Both the position numbers and the translations under genes were made by a program. Below the pieces are notes generated by a model. That model was not told the origin of the DNA, did no database searches, and saw only the letters and a list, made by a program, of their open reading frames with translations. Below are positions 50,769 through 62,444 of a stretch of 64,000 nucleotides of DNA, piece after piece. The stretch is from an uncultured Gemmatimonadales bacterium. GTDB taxonomy: Bacteria > Gemmatimonadota > Gemmatimonadetes > Gemmatimonadales > GWC2-71-9. Positions within the stretch are counted from its first letter, which is position 1, and each line of letters begins with the position of its first letter. The stretch lies in NCBI GenBank assembly GCA_963748815.1, contig CAVVKJ010000010.1:672001-736000 (forward strand), written 5' to 3'.

Positions 50769-53700
50769 ATGAAGCTCTCCAAGCTCGAGCTGTCCGGCTT
50801 CAAGTCGTTCGCTGACACCGTCACCCTCACGTTCGAGGAAGGCGTCACCGCCATCGTCGGGCCGAACGGCTGCGGGAAGTCGAATGTCAGCGACGCCGTG
50901 CGCTGGGTCCTCGGCGAGCAGTCCGCGCGGCTCCTGCGCGGCGGGAAGATGGAGGACGTCATCTTCCAGGGCGCGGCCGGCCGCCGGCCGGTCAACGTCA
51001 CGGAGGTGTCCCTCTATCTCGACAACTCCGACGGCACCCTCCCGATCGCCTACCAGGAAGTGCAGATCACCCGGCGGCTCTCCCGCTCCGGGCACAGCGA
51101 GTACCTCCTCAACCGGGCCTCCGTCCGCCTGCGCGACATCCAGGACCTCCTGCGCGGCACCGGCCTGGGGGGCGACGCAGGCGTCGTCATCGAGGCGAAA
51201 ATGATCGACCTCCTCCTCTCCGACCGGGCGGATGAGCGCCGCTCGCTGTTCGAGGAGGCGGCCGGCATCGGGCTCTACCGGGACCGGAAGCACAGCACCG
51301 AGCGCCGTCTCGAGGAGACCGCCCTGGACCTGCAGCGTGTCGAGGACCTCGTGGCCGAGGTGCAGTCGCAGCTTCGCAGCCTGGCCCGGCAGCGGGGCCG
51401 TGCCGAGCGACACGTCAAGCTGATGGAGGAGAAGTTCGCCGTGCAGCTGACGCTGGCGCGGCAGCATCTGGACCGCCTCACAGCGGAGGTGCGGGACAAG
51501 GAAGCCCGCTACGCGGAGCTCGCCGGCACCCTGCCGGATCGCCGGGTGGCGCTCGCGGCCCTCGAGGTGGAGCGCGAGGAGGCGGCCCGGCGCCGCGCCG
51601 CCGCAGAGGCCGCGCGCACCGACATCGCCCGCCGGCTCGGCGAAATTCGCGTCACCCTCGGCCGTCTCGAGGGCGACCTCAACCTCGCCTCTGAACGGCT
51701 GGCCAACGCCGGCCAGCGCCGGGTCCGGGCCCTCGAAGAGCGCGGCGTGATGGAGCAGCGCGCCCAGCAGGCGTCCCGGGAGCGCGACGTCGCCCTGCAG
51801 GAGCGCGACGCCGCCCAGGCGGACTACAGCCGCATCCAGGCCGAACTGCAGGGCCGGGCCAGCGTCGAGGACGCCGTGAAGACCCGGCTCGCCGAGCAGC
51901 GGGCCCAGGTGCGCCAGACGGAGGAAACGCTGCAGCGGCAGGCCCAGACCCTCCGCTCCCTCGAGGGCGAGCGGGCCGCGCTGGAAACCGATCTGGTCTC
52001 GCTCCGCGACCGCGCCGTGCAGGCCGCGACGCTGCGGGACGGCCTGCGTCAGGAACTCGAGACGACCACACAGCGCCGTGACGCCCTCGCCGCGGAGGCG
52101 GGGCGCCTGCTCGCGACCCATCGCGCCGCCGCGGCCGACGCCGAGCGGGCCCGCCATCTCCTCGCCGAGACGCGTGAGCATGAAGCCCTCGCCCGCGCCG
52201 ACCGTCGCCGCGCGGAAGAAACGGTCGCCCAGCTGTCCGCACGCCACGAGGCGCTCGGCGAACTGGAGCGGGATCGGGTCGGGTTGGCGCCGGGAGCCGC
52301 GGCCCTGCTGGCCGCGCGGGACCGGTTCGATGGCGGCGTCCTCGGACCGCTGAGCGATTTCCTCCGCACCGGCGCGGACGACGCCGACATCGCCGAGCGG
52401 CTGCTTGGTGAGTGGGTCCACGCCGTGCTGGTCCGCGATGACGCGGCCGTCCGCGCCATCCAGCAGTGGCACGCCGAGTCCGAAGCCGGCGCGATCGTCC
52501 TCCTCTCGGCCGAGCGCGGCCCCGCCCGGGACGGTGGGAGCCACCCCCTCGAGCAGACCCTCCAGGTGGACAACCCCGCGGCCGCGCGCTGGGTCCGCGC
52601 CCTGCTCGGCGGCTCCGAGGTCCTGGATCGGTCCGGCCGCGCCTTGCGCCGCAGCAACGGCGCGGTGCTCCTTTCCGGCGGCGGGACGCCGTCCGGCCCG
52701 CTGCGCCGTCGCGCCGAGCTCGAAACGCTCACCACCGACCTCCAGGCGGCCCGAACCACGCTGACCGCCGCGGAAACCGCGGTGGCGACTACGGTGGCGC
52801 GGCTGGCTGAACTCGAGGCCGCCCTCGGCACGGCCACCGAGGCCGCCGAGCGCGCCCGCGAGGCGGAGCGCATCGGCGTCTCGGCGCGTGACGACGCCGA
52901 GCGATCGGTCGCGACGCGGACTCGCGAATTGCAGGAAGCCGAGACCCAGGTCGTGCGGATCACCGAGCGGCTCTCGGCGTCCGAATCGCGGCTGGGCGAG
53001 GTCGATGCCGCGCTGACGGAAGGGGAATTGTCCAAGGTCCGGCTCGACGAGGCGCTCAGCGTTGGCCGGCAGCAGCTCGCCGAACTCGAGACCGAGCAGG
53101 AATCGGCGCGTGAGGCCCGCGTCCACTGGCAGGTGCAACTCGCCCACGTCGAGGCGCGATTGCTCGGCGCCAGCGAGCGGCTGACGCGCGCGGAGCAGAT
53201 CGGGCAGGAAGCGGCCGGCTCCGCCGCCACCCTGGCGGGCGAACTCACGCAGCTGGAAGGCGATGCCCACGCGCTCGCGGCGGAACAGGTCACCTGGCAG
53301 GAGGAGCGGGCCGAGCGGCGCGTGACCCTGCTGGAACTGGAGGCGGCGGCGGCGGATGCCGAGGAGGCACTGTCGGTGGCCGCCGAAATCCTCAGCACGG
53401 CGGAGCGCAGGGTTCATGACGACCGCGAAGGCCTCGAGCACTCGACCGAAGAGCATCACCGCCTGCAGCTCGAGCTCTCCGAGGCGGCGGCCGAGCGCCG
53501 GCGCATCATCGAGCGGGTGGAGACGGAATGGAAGCGCCCGATCGACCAGCTCTTCGACGGGGCGCCGTTCCTCGACCTCGACCTCGAGACGCTGGAGGCG
53601 GAATCGGCGCGGATCGTCGCCGCGCTCGAGGGCATCGGCGTGGTGAATCCGCTGGCGGTGGAAGAGCACGCGGAGGAAAGCAAGCGGCTCGAATTCCTGT

Positions 53701-54239
53701 CGGCGCAACGGGACGACCTCGTGGCGGCTCGCCAGTCACTGCAGCAGGCTATCCGGGAAATCGACGGCACCGCCCAGGCGATGTTCCTGGAGACCTTCAC
53801 CGCGGTCCGCGCGAACTTCCTGACCGTCTTCCAGACCCTCTTCGGCGGCGGGGAGTGTGACCTCAGGCTTTCCCTCGAAGGGGATCCGCTCGAGAGCGAA
53901 ATCGAGATCCACGCCGCCCCGCGGGGCAAGCGAACCCAGCGCATCCACCTCCTCTCCAGCGGCGAGCGGACGCTGGTGGCGGTGTCGCTCCTCTTCAGCA
54001 TCTACCTGACGAAGCCGAGCCCCTTCTGCCTGATGGATGAAGTGGACGCGCCGCTCGACGACTCCAACGTGGGGCGGTTCACCAAGCTGCTCGACGAGTT
54101 CAAGCACAGCAGCCAGTTCCTCGTCATCACCCACAACCCGCGCACCATGCAGGCGGCCGACGCGGTCTACGGCGTGACGATGCAGGAGCCCGGCGTGTCG
54201 ACCATCGTCGGTGTCCGCCTCGGCGAGCCGGTGCTCTGA
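50769..54239 (+). CDS. smc: Chromosome segregation protein SMC
   Basis: [14 protein letters not shown], coiled coils, hinge, LSSGE and DEVDAPLD. Confidence 0.96.
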   Translation: MKLSKLELSGFKSFADTVTLTFEEGVTAIVGPNGCGKSNVSDAVRWVLGEQSARLLRGGKMEDVIFQGAAGRRPVNVTEVSLYLDNSDGTLPIAYQEVQITRRLSRSGHSEYLLNRASVRLRDIQDLLRGTGLGGDAGVVIEAKMIDLLLSDRADERRSLFEEAAGIGLYRDRKHSTERRLEETALDLQRVEDLVAEVQSQLRSLARQRGRAERHVKLMEEKFAVQLTLARQHLDRLTAEVRDKEARYAELAGTLPDRRVALAALEVEREEAARRRAAAEAARTDIARRLGEIRVTLGRLEGDLNLASERLANAGQRRVRALEERGVMEQRAQQASRERDVALQERDAAQADYSRIQAELQGRASVEDAVKTRLAEQRAQVRQTEETLQRQAQTLRSLEGERAALETDLVSLRDRAVQAATLRDGLRQELETTTQRRDALAAEAGRLLATHRAAAADAERARHLLAETREHEALARADRRRAEETVAQLSARHEALGELERDRVGLAPGAAALLAARDRFDGGVLGPLSDFLRTGADDADIAERLLGEWVHAVLVRDDAAVRAIQQWHAESEAGAIVLLSAERGPARDGGSHPLEQTLQVDNPAAARWVRALLGGSEVLDRSGRALRRSNGAVLLSGGGTPSGPLRRRAELETLTTDLQAARTTLTAAETAVATTVARLAELEAALGTATEAAERAREAERIGVSARDDAERSVATRTRELQEAETQVVRITERLSASESRLGEVDAALTEGELSKVRLDEALSVGRQQLAELETEQESAREARVHWQVQLAHVEARLLGASERLTRAEQIGQEAAGSAATLAGELTQLEGDAHALAAEQVTWQEERAERRVTLLELEAAAADAEEALSVAAEILSTAERRVHDDREGLEHSTEEHHRLQLELSEAAAERRRIIERVETEWKRPIDQLFDGAPFLDLDLETLEAESARIVAALEGIGVVNPLAVEEHAEESKRLEFLSAQRDDLVAARQSLQQAIREIDGTAQAMFLETFTAVRANFLTVFQTLFGGGECDLRLSLEGDPLESEIEIHAAPRGKRTQRIHLLSSGERTLVAVSLLFSIYLTKPSPFCLMDEVDAPLDDSNVGRFTKLLDEFKHSSQFLVITHNPRTMQAADAVYGVTMQEPGVSTIVGVRLGEPVL

Positions 54240-55279
54240 TGCTGGTCGTCATGCGCCACGACGCCAGCGAGGAAGAGATTCGCGCGGTCGTCGCGACCAT
54301 CGAGGCGATGGGGTACCAGGCGCGCCCGATGCCAGGACGCCAACGGACGACCATCGGCGTTGTCGGCAACGACAGCCGGGTGGACGGCACCCGGCTGACG
54401 GCGCTCGGCGGCGTGCACGAACTCCTCCACGTCACCCAACCGTACAAGCTGGTCTCCCGCGAGTGGAAGCCGGCATCCACCATCGTACGGCTGCCCGGAG
54501 GCCTCAGCATCGGCGGGGAGGATGTCCCGGTCATCGCGGGCCCCTGCTCCGTCGAGGGCGAGACGCAGCTCCTGCTGGCGGCCCACGCGGTGAAGGAAGC
54601 GGGCGCTACGCTGCTTCGGGCCGGGGCGTTCAAGCCGCGGAGCTCACCCTATTCCTTCCAGGGGCTGGGGCGCGATGGACTCAAGCTGCTGGCGCGTGCG
54701 CGCCAGGAGACCGGGCTGCTGATCGTGACGGAAGCGGTGGACCCCGAGGGGGTGGATTGGGTGGCGGAGGTGGCCGACATCGTCCAGATCGGCGCGCGCA
54801 ACATGCAGAACTATTCCCTGCTCCGCCGCGCGGGGAAGGCCGGCAAGCCGGTACTGCTGAAGCGCGGGATCGCCGCGACCATTCAGGAGTTGCTGCTCTC
54901 TGCCGAGTACCTGCTCGCCGAAGGAAACGCCGACGTCATCCTCTGCGAGCGCGGCATCCGGAGCTACGACACCCAGACGCGCAATCTCCTCGACTTGAGC
55001 GCCATCCCGACCGTCCACGCCCTGTCGCACCTGCCCATCATCGCCGACCCGAGCCACGGAACCGGCCGGCGCGACATGGTCCCGGCCATGGCGCGGGCGG
55101 CGGTCGCGGCGGGTGCGGACGGACTGCTCGTCGAGGTGCACCCGCACCCGGAGCAGGCCCTTTCCGACGGAGCACAGAGCCTCCGTCCACTGCAGTTTGA
55201 CGGCATGATGGGCGAGCTGCGCCTCATCGCCGAGGCGATCGGCCGGCGGATCGCGGAACCGGTTCCGGTCCGAGCATGA
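54239..55279 (+). CDS. aroF: DAHP synthase (type I-beta with N-terminal regulatory domain)
   Basis: [28 protein letters not shown] and DPSHG. Confidence 0.94.
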   Translation: MLVVMRHDASEEEIRAVVATIEAMGYQARPMPGRQRTTIGVVGNDSRVDGTRLTALGGVHELLHVTQPYKLVSREWKPASTIVRLPGGLSIGGEDVPVIAGPCSVEGETQLLLAAHAVKEAGATLLRAGAFKPRSSPYSFQGLGRDGLKLLARARQETGLLIVTEAVDPEGVDWVAEVADIVQIGARNMQNYSLLRRAGKAGKPVLLKRGIAATIQELLLSAEYLLAEGNADVILCERGIRSYDTQTRNLLDLSAIPTVHALSHLPIIADPSHGTGRRDMVPAMARAAVAAGADGLLVEVHPHPEQALSDGAQSLRPLQFDGMMGELRLIAEAIGRRIAEPVPVRA

Positions 55280-55926
55280 CCCGCGCCGGTGGAACCCTGC
55301 TCCTCCTGGCCGCCGCCGTTGCGGCACCGCTGCACGCCCAGCGCGCCGATTCCATCATCGAGCGCACCTCGACCATCTACCGCCAGCTGCGCTCGCTGAC
55401 CGCCGACTTCGACCAGGTCGTCAGCAACGAGATGCTGGGGACGTACAAGAGCCGGGGAGCCCTGGCGCAGTCGGGGCCCTCCCGGCTCTCGATGCGCTTC
55501 ACCGATCCCGCCGGCGAGGCGATCGTCATCGACGGCACCTACATCTGGATCTACACGCCGAGCACCGCGCCCGGCCAGGTGCTCCAGGCGCCGATCGCCC
55601 GCGCGGCCGGCTATGGCGTCAACCTGCTGGGATGGTTGCTGGATCGGCCCACGGAGCGGTACACGGTGAGCTACCTGCGCGCCGACACGGCCTCCGGGAG
55701 TCCGGTCGACGTCCTGCGGTTGACCCCGGCGGTCGATGGGCTCCCCTTCACCTCCGCGACGCTCTGGCTCGCCAGGAGCGACGGGCTGCCCAGGCGCATC
55801 GAGGTCTCGGAACCGTCCGGGAACCGGCGGACCCTGACGCTTTCGAATTTGCGCACCAACATCACCCTCCCCGACGGCACCTTCACCTTCACGCCCCCGA
55901 AGGGCGTCAAGGTCGTCACCCAGTAG
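55276..55926 (+). CDS. lolA: Outer-membrane lipoprotein carrier protein
   Basis: Signal peptide; ADFDQ, IVIDG..WIY.P and [11 protein letters not shown]. Confidence 0.85.
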   Translation: MTRAGGTLLLLAAAVAAPLHAQRADSIIERTSTIYRQLRSLTADFDQVVSNEMLGTYKSRGALAQSGPSRLSMRFTDPAGEAIVIDGTYIWIYTPSTAPGQVLQAPIARAAGYGVNLLGWLLDRPTERYTVSYLRADTASGSPVDVLRLTPAVDGLPFTSATLWLARSDGLPRRIEVSEPSGNRRTLTLSNLRTNITLPDGTFTFTPPKGVKVVTQ

Positions 55927-56771
55927 CGGCGCCCCGCAGCACCGATTCCACTTCGGCCGCCTGCTCCTCCCCGAGCCCGGCCCGGCGCGCCAGCACAAGC
56001 GCCTCCAGCCCGACCACCGCATACAATGTCCTATCGGCCGCGGACAGCGCCGCGAGGTGTGCCGCCACCGTCGCGGTGTCGCCACGGCGAATCGCGCCGG
56101 TGAGCGCCTCCGCCGGAGGCAGCCGGTCGAGGTTCAGCGCCGCGCCGTGGAGCAGCGGCAGGTAGATCCTTGCCGCCAGGTCGGCCGGCACCCCCGCCCC
56201 CTCCGCCAGCCGAACGGCCATGCCGGTGAGGGCTACCGTGTAGTTGGCCACGAGGGTGGCGCCGGCGTGATAGGCCGCCTTGGCGCCGGACGGCACCCGC
56301 ACCGCCGTCATGCCGAGGAGCCCCGCCAGCCGTTCCGCCGCCGCCAGGGCCTGCTCGTCGCCCTCGATGCCCGCGTAGGCCCCGCGCAGGCGCTCGGGCG
56401 CCGCCGCCGGGTCCGATACCGTCTGGAGCGGGTGGAACGACCCCAGACCCGCTGAAGAGCCGGTGAGCGCCATGAGCGCCCCCCGGTCGAGCAGGCCGGA
56501 GAGGTGAAGGACCGACTGCGGCGCGGAGATGCAGTCCTCCGCCGCGAGCCGCTCGGCGACCGCCGCGATTGCGCCGTCCGGCGTCGCAACGAGCACCAGC
56601 TCCGCTGTCGCGACACGCCCCAGCCCAATCGTCGACCCGGACGACCAGTGGCGCCGGGACGTCCCTGGCCTGGCGACCGAGCAGCGTCACCGAGACCCCG
56701 GAACGCGAAAGGGCCAGGGCAATGCCCTGGCCCATCCGGCCGGCGCCGATCACGGCGACGCGGAACGTCAC
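55916..56771 (-). CDS. Rossmann-like plus DUF2520 oxidoreductase (PanG-like); frameshift near 56607
   Basis: VIGAGRMG in ORF 56031..56771; HLSG, SFHPL, YHAGA and ALTGAIRRGD in ORF 55916..56596. Confidence 0.85.
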
Positions 56772-56775
56772 TCAG

Positions 56776-58416
56776 CTACTTCCCTGCGGGGACCGGGAAC
56801 CCGGGCGCGAGGGAGAGCAACGCCTGCGGTGTCGACGCCTTCGCGAGCAGGGACAGCGCCGTCTGCACCTGCGGGTCGTCGGCGGCGCGCCGGCGGAACT
56901 CCGCCGACCGCCCGAATACGTACCGCGCGATCGTGTACCCCATCTGCGCATCGACCCAGCGCGAGGCGCCGTCGAAGCTGGACTGGCTCACCGTGACCCC
57001 CTTGGAGCGAAGCCGGGCGTACACTTCGGCCCGCATGGCGGGGGTCACCGAGAAGTTCGGCGACTTCACGGTGCCGTTGTTCTTCAACTCGAGCGCGTAG
57101 GTGGTCAGCACGTCCAGGTAGACCGGGATCTGCGCACCGAGCGCTTCCCGGAACGTCCGTTCGGCGGTCGTGAAGGTGTCCTGCTGGACGACGATGTCGG
57201 GAACGATCCCGCCGCCGCCGAGCACCGTCCGCCCGTCGTCGGTCTTGAACTCCGGCAGCTTCATGGAGTCCCCCTGGGCCTCCAGCACCGAGTCGGGGAC
57301 GATGCCCCCGTTCCGGGCCGCCAGGATCGCCTGCAGCATCTGGTCCCGTTCGTCCGAGGCGGTCCGCTGGATCGTCCGGCCGCTCGGTGTGTACCAGCGC
57401 GCGGTGGTCAGCTTCAGCGCCGTGTTCTGGTCGATGCGGAAGACGGACTGCACCAGTCCCTTGCCGAAGGTCGGCAAGCCGACCACGAGCGCGCGGTCAT
57501 GATCCTGCAGCGCACCGGCGATGATTTCCGCCGCGCTGGCCGAGTACATGTCCACCAGCACCACGATCGGCATCGTTGGCCACGCCTGCGGCCGGGAGTC
57601 GGCGTAGGTCTCGGAGGAGCCCGCGGCGCGCCCGCGGGTCGAGACGACTTCCTGACCCGGGTCGAGGAAGAGATCGGAGACGTCAACTCCCTCGTCGAGC
57701 AGCCCGCCCGGGTTGCCGCGCAGATCGAGGATGAGTGAGGTGGCCCCCTGCCCGCGGAGACTGTCGATCGCGGTGCGGAGCTCGCTCGTCGAGGCCTGGC
57801 TCACCGTGCTGAGCGCAATGTACGCGATGTCATTCGCGAAGAGCGTCGGGGAAATGACCGACCGGTTGTGGATCTGGGCCCGGGTGAGCTTGAACTCGAT
57901 CGGGGCAGCGACCCCCGCGCGGCGCACCGTCAGGATCACGTCGCTGCCGGCCGGGCCGCGCAGCGTCGACACCGCCTTTTCGGACGAATAGTCCTCGGTG
58001 GAGGTGCCGTCAATGGCGGTGATCTGGTCGCCCGTCTGGATGCCGGCGCGCTCCGCGGGCGTCTCAGGCAGCGGGGCCACCACGGTGATCCACCCGGCGC
58101 GGACCTCGATCTGGATGCCGAGCCCGCCGTAGTTGCCGGTGGTGGTCTCGGTGAGCGCCTTGTAGTTGTCGCCCTGGAGGAGGTCGGTATACGGATCGTG
58201 CAACTCCTCCAGCATCCCGACGGTGGCCTTCTGGTAGAGGGCCGCCTCGCCGATGCTGTCGACGTAGTAAGTCTGCACGCGGGCGAGCACGTCGTCGAAG
58301 AGGCGCGCGCTCTGGTACACGCCGCCGTCGTTGTTCACCCCGCGCTGCAGCAGCCATCCCCCCGAGAAGAAGGAGATGCACGCCACTGCCAGGATCAGCC
58401 CCCACCGTTGTCTCAT
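56776..58416 (-). CDS. S41 C-terminal processing protease (CtpA-like)
   Basis: GGLGI PDZ domain, DLRGNPGGLL, SASAAE, FGKG and TPSGR. Confidence 0.93.
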   Translation of the reverse strand: MRQRWGLILAVACISFFSGGWLLQRGVNNDGGVYQSARLFDDVLARVQTYYVDSIGEAALYQKATVGMLEELHDPYTDLLQGDNYKALTETTTGNYGGLGIQIEVRAGWITVVAPLPETPAERAGIQTGDQITAIDGTSTEDYSSEKAVSTLRGPAGSDVILTVRRAGVAAPIEFKLTRAQIHNRSVISPTLFANDIAYIALSTVSQASTSELRTAIDSLRGQGATSLILDLRGNPGGLLDEGVDVSDLFLDPGQEVVSTRGRAAGSSETYADSRPQAWPTMPIVVLVDMYSASAAEIIAGALQDHDRALVVGLPTFGKGLVQSVFRIDQNTALKLTTARWYTPSGRTIQRTASDERDQMLQAILAARNGGIVPDSVLEAQGDSMKLPEFKTDDGRTVLGGGGIVPDIVVQQDTFTTAERTFREALGAQIPVYLDVLTTYALELKNNGTVKSPNFSVTPAMRAEVYARLRSKGVTVSQSSFDGASRWVDAQMGYTIARYVFGRSAEFRRRAADDPQVQTALSLLAKASTPQALLSLAPGFPVPAGK

Positions 58417-59048
58417 GCCTGCCTCCAGAGGTCGGGCCGCGCGCGTTGCACGGCCGTCCAGGCCGCCTCGAGCAGCTGCTCGGGGCTCCCGGTCGCATCC
58501 AAGTGTACAATGCCGGGGCCAGTTACCGCGACGTAGGCCCGGCAGATCCGGTCATGAAAGTCGCCCGATTCACGATCGAGCCGATCCAGCGCCTTGCCGG
58601 CCGCCTCCTGCCGCCCCCGCCCAACCCCCGGCGGAAGATCCAATACCAACGTGATGTCCGGACCGACCCCTCCGGTCGCAGCCAGGTTTCCCGCCTCCAC
58701 CAGCGCCCGGTCCAATCCGCGTCCCACGACCTGGTAGACCTCGGTCGAGAGCGTAAACCGATCGGCGAGGACCACCTGACCCTCGGCCAGCGCCGGCTGG
58801 AGGACTTGGGCGGTCAGGTCCGCCCGCGCGGCCAGGAACAGGAACAACTCCGCCACCGGGGCGACCTGGTGGTCGGCGTCCAGCAGCGCCTGCCGGACCG
58901 ATTCCGCCAGCGGCGTCCCGCCCGGCTCCCGGACGACGACCGGGGCCCGCCCTGCCGCCGACATCCGGGCGGCGAGCGAACGGACCAGCGTCGACTTGCC
59001 GGACCCCTCGGGCCCCTCGACGACGACGAACAGCCCGGGTGCGGACAT
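58413..59048 (-). CDS. tmk: Thymidylate kinase
   Basis: EGPEGSGKST, REPGGT and DRF..S..YQ. Confidence 0.95.
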   Translation of the reverse strand: MSAPGLFVVVEGPEGSGKSTLVRSLAARMSAAGRAPVVVREPGGTPLAESVRQALLDADHQVAPVAELFLFLAARADLTAQVLQPALAEGQVVLADRFTLSTEVYQVVGRGLDRALVEAGNLAATGGVGPDITLVLDLPPGVGRGRQEAAGKALDRLDRESGDFHDRICRAYVAVTGPGIVHLDATGSPEQLLEAAWTAVQRARPDLWRQA

Positions 59049-59398
59049 CAGAGCGTGATGATGCTGCTCGTGGCGCCCAGTTCCATCCCCTCGCTGATGT
59101 CCTGGTTCACCTTGGTCATCAGCTTTTCGAAGTTGGCGCGAGCCACCGCGTAGGCCTGGCCGGTCGCGCTCACCTCGAGTTCGCGCACCGCCGTCTCGTA
59201 GGCCTCGGTGGTCTCGGCATCCGGCATCTGGCCGGCGGCCATCATCTGGTCGACCTTGGTCGCGAGCTGCTGGATGGCGTCGAGCTTGGCCACCGTGGGC
59301 GCGTCCTCGCGGAGCGCCTGCTCCGTGCGCCGAAGGGTCTTGTACTCCGTCGACTGGCCGATCTGGCGGCCGAGATCCTTCGCCTTCTCCGAAATCAC
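59048..59398 (-). CDS. YlbF/YmcA-like regulator
   Basis: I.EKAKDLGR.I.QS.EY helical pattern. Confidence 0.75.
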   Translation of the reverse strand: MISEKAKDLGRQIGQSTEYKTLRRTEQALREDAPTVAKLDAIQQLATKVDQMMAAGQMPDAETTEAYETAVRELEVSATGQAYAVARANFEKLMTKVNQDISEGMELGATSSIITL

Positions 59399-60252
59399 GA
59401 CGTCTCACTCCTCCGCGCCAGCACAAAGCGGGCGCGGTCGTAGAGGTCCAGGTGGACGGCCGCGTCGATCCATCCTGCGCGGGCCGCGAGGGCGGCCACG
59501 TCGGCCGCCCGGTGACAATCCACTTCCAGCGCCAGCCAGCCGCCCCGCCGGACGACGCCGAGGCCGTCCTGAAGGATGCGCCGGGTGGCCTCCAGCCCAT
59601 CGTCTCCGCTGACCAGCGCCAGGGCCGGCTCCCACGCCCGGACGGCGGGGTCGAGCGAAAGGTACTCCGCGTCGGTCAGGTACGGCGGGTTCGCCACCAG
59701 CACGTCGACCGTCTCACCCCGCAACGGCTCAAGGAGATCGCCGAGCTGCCACTCCACCGTGAGTCCCAGTCGCTCCCCGTTCTCCCGGGCCTGCGCGAGC
59801 GCCTCCGCCGAGGCGTCGACAGCGATGACGCGGTCGTAGCGACCCTCCTGCGCCAGCGCGAGCGCGACGCAGCCGCTCCCGGTGCAGACGTCGGCCACGA
59901 CGCCGACGGGCATCCTCTCCAAGACGAGCGCAACCAGCCCTTCGGTTTCGGGCCTGGGGATCAGGGCGCGCCGGTCGGACGACAACAGGAGGTGGCGGAA
60001 CCCGACGCTCCCGGTCACATGCGCCAGCGGTTCGCCACCCGCCCGGCGCTCGACGAAGCGCGCCAGGAGGTCGCGCTGGGTGACGCTCAGAGCTCGGTCC
60101 GGATGCAATCGCGCCTGGCCCGCGTCGACGCCCCAGGCGGCTTCGGCGAGGCGAGACGCCTCCCGTCGGGCGTCGGGCACGCCGGCCCCGCGGAGCGCCT
60201 CCGCGGCGCCCTCGAGCGCCCCGGCCGCGGTCAGCGGGAGGTCAGCGACCAC
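59395..60252 (-). CDS. prmC: Release factor glutamine methyltransferase
   Basis: LIPRPETE, TGSGC and NPPY. Confidence 0.95.
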   Translation of the reverse strand: MVADLPLTAAGALEGAAEALRGAGVPDARREASRLAEAAWGVDAGQARLHPDRALSVTQRDLLARFVERRAGGEPLAHVTGSVGFRHLLLSSDRRALIPRPETEGLVALVLERMPVGVVADVCTGSGCVALALAQEGRYDRVIAVDASAEALAQARENGERLGLTVEWQLGDLLEPLRGETVDVLVANPPYLTDAEYLSLDPAVRAWEPALALVSGDDGLEATRRILQDGLGVVRRGGWLALEVDCHRAADVAALAARAGWIDAAVHLDLYDRARFVLARRSETS

Positions 60253-61306
60253 TCGCCGCCTCCTCCTGCCGGCTCGCGACCCTCAGCGCCTCGACCACTT
60301 CCTCGATGTGCCCATCCATGATGTCGGGCAGGTTGTGCACCGAGAGGTTGATCCGGTGGTCGGTCACCCGGCTCTGCGGATAGTTGTAGGTCCGGATCTT
60401 CGCGGAGCGATCGCCGGTGCCCACCATGGCGCGGCGGTCCTGCGCCCGCGCCGCCTCCTGCTCGGCGATCATCCGGTCGAGCAGCCGCGCCCGCAGGACC
60501 TCCATCGCCTTGAGCTTGTTCTGCAGCTGGGACTTCTGGTCCTGCTGGCTCACCACCAGCCCCGACGGCAGGTGCGTAATCCGCACGGCGCTATCGGTGG
60601 TGTTCACGCTCTGCCCGCCGGGCCCCGAGGAGCGAAAGACGTCGATCTTGAGGTGATTGGGGTCGATCTTGACGTCCACCTCTTCGGCTTCAGGCAGCAC
60701 CGCCACCGTGGCGGCCGAGGTATGGATGCGGCCCTGCGTCTCGGTGGCGGGCACCCGCTGCACCCGGTGAACGCCCGACTCGCGCCGCAGCCGTCCGAAC
60801 GCATCCTGCCCGCGAACCGCGAAGATCACCTCGCGCAGCCCGCCGAGCGAGGCGTCGCTCTCGGAGATCAGCTCGATCCGGAGCCCGTGCCGCTCGGAGT
60901 ATCGGGTGTACATCCGGTAGAGGTCGGCGGCAAAGAGCGCGGCTTCGTCGCCACCGGTGCCGGCGCGGATTTCCATGATGGCGTCGCGGTCGTCGAGCGG
61001 ATCGCGCGGCACCAGCAGTTCGTGCAGTTCCGCCCGCGTGGCGTCCACTTCGGCCGGGAGCCGGTCGAGATCGACCCGGGCCAATGCCACAAGCTCGGGA
61101 TCGGCTTCCTGCGCCATTTCCCGAGCCTGAGAGAGTTCATCTTCGAGCCGTCGCAGCCGCTCTGCGGTGCGCACGATCGGTACGAGGCGGGCGTGCTCGC
61201 GTCCGAGGGTCGTCAGGCGCTTGGAATCACGGGCGGTGGCGGGGTCGGACAACTCCCGCGACACCTCCTCCGCCCTGGCCAAGGCCTGGCGGAGGCGCGC
61301 CTCCAT
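60242..61306 (-). CDS. prfA: Peptide chain release factor 1
   Basis: PAT motif (VPATE), GGQ and RTYNYPQ. Confidence 0.97.
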   Translation of the reverse strand: MEARLRQALARAEEVSRELSDPATARDSKRLTTLGREHARLVPIVRTAERLRRLEDELSQAREMAQEADPELVALARVDLDRLPAEVDATRAELHELLVPRDPLDDRDAIMEIRAGTGGDEAALFAADLYRMYTRYSERHGLRIELISESDASLGGLREVIFAVRGQDAFGRLRRESGVHRVQRVPATETQGRIHTSAATVAVLPEAEEVDVKIDPNHLKIDVFRSSGPGGQSVNTTDSAVRITHLPSGLVVSQQDQKSQLQNKLKAMEVLRARLLDRMIAEQEAARAQDRRAMVGTGDRSAKIRTYNYPQSRVTDHRINLSVHNLPDIMDGHIEEVVEALRVASRQEEAASGR

Positions 61307-61309
61307 GCC

Positions 61310-61528
61310 CTACTCCTTTGGAGCGTCGGCGCCTGCCTGATACCGGCGGCGGAACCGATCGACGCGACCAGCGGTGTCCATCAGGCGCTGCTTCCCAGTG
61401 TAATAGGGATGGCACTTCGCGCAGACTTCGACGTGGATGGACTTGGACGTCGAACGGGTCTCGAAGGAATTGCCGCAGGCACAGATGGCCGTCAGCTTCT
61501 GGTACACGGGATGGATGTCGGCCTTCAC
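61310..61528 (-). CDS. rpmE: 50S ribosomal protein L31 (Zn-binding type)
   Basis: [18 protein letters not shown] and GRVDRF. Confidence 0.96.
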   Translation of the reverse strand: MKADIHPVYQKLTAICACGNSFETRSTSKSIHVEVCAKCHPYYTGKQRLMDTAGRVDRFRRRYQAGADAPKE

Positions 61529-61665
61529 GGGGTGCTCCTGAATGCGTCTGGTGGTCGCCGAGGCCCGGAGTGGGTCAGGGTTCGCAAGCCGGGAAAGATA
61601 AACGAGTTACGCTCCGAGCGGAAGCGCCGGAGGGCCGCCAGAAGCCCGGGACGGGGAAGGCAGAA

Positions 61666-61694
61666 TTGACTCCGCCATCCCCTCTAAGTAACGT
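61666..61694 (+). promoter_or_regulatory. Putative sigma70 promoter for the Crp gene
   Basis: TTGACT-N17-TAACGT. Confidence 0.6.
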
Positions 61695-61723
61695 CAGGGC
61701 TTCCACTTCCACGCCGAGGCCTA

Positions 61724-62401
61724 GTGACCCAGTCTCCACTTGAGATCCTTCGCGCGGTCCCGATCCTCTCCAAGGTGCCCCAGGCCGACCTCATGGCCCT
61801 GGCCCAGGCGTCCCGGGAACGATCGTACCCGGCCGGCCAGACCATCCTCCGTCAGGACGCCCCGGGCGACGCGATGTATGTCGTGATCGAGGGCCGGGTG
61901 AAGGTCGTGCTGATCGGGGAGGACGGCCGCGAGGTGATCCTGAGCGTCCTCGGCGCGGGCGCGGTATTCGGCGAGATGTCGCTCCTCGATGATGAGCCCC
62001 GCTCCGCCCACGTCATCGCGATGACCCCCTGCCATGTCATGACGCTGTATCGCGGAGCGTTCCACGAGCGGCTCCGGGCCTCGCCCGATCTCTGCCTGGC
62101 CATGCTCGCCGCGATGTCGAGCCGACTGCGCGCCGCCGACGAGCGGATTCGCGCGCTCAGCCTGCTCGACGTGAACGGCCGGGTGGCGCACCTCATCCTG
62201 CAGCAATCCGCCGAGGCGGGGAGCGATGTCTTCCCACGGCGGCTCACCCACCAGAACATGGCGGAATTGATCGGCGCCAGTCGCGAAACAGTGTCGCGGA
62301 CGTTGCGGCACCTCGTGGACCGGGAGGTCATCGCCATCGGCCGCCGGCAGATCACGATCCTCGACCGTTCCGCGCTCGAGGCGGCTGTCCGGCCAGCGTG
62401 A
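61724..62401 (+). CDS. Crp/Fnr family transcriptional regulator (cAMP-binding type)
   Basis: FGEMSLLDDEPRSA; HTH IGASRETVSR. Confidence 0.93.
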   Translation: MTQSPLEILRAVPILSKVPQADLMALAQASRERSYPAGQTILRQDAPGDAMYVVIEGRVKVVLIGEDGREVILSVLGAGAVFGEMSLLDDEPRSAHVIAMTPCHVMTLYRGAFHERLRASPDLCLAMLAAMSSRLRAADERIRALSLLDVNGRVAHLILQQSAEAGSDVFPRRLTHQNMAELIGASRETVSRTLRHLVDREVIAIGRRQITILDRSALEAAVRPA

Positions 62402-62412
62402 TCCATATCACG
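62397..62412. promoter_or_regulatory. CRP-box-like palindrome
   Basis: CGTGA-TCCATA-TCACG overlapping the Crp stop codon. Confidence 0.55.
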
Positions 62413-62444
62413 GCGCCGTCGCGCCCGGCGACCCTCATTGGCGA

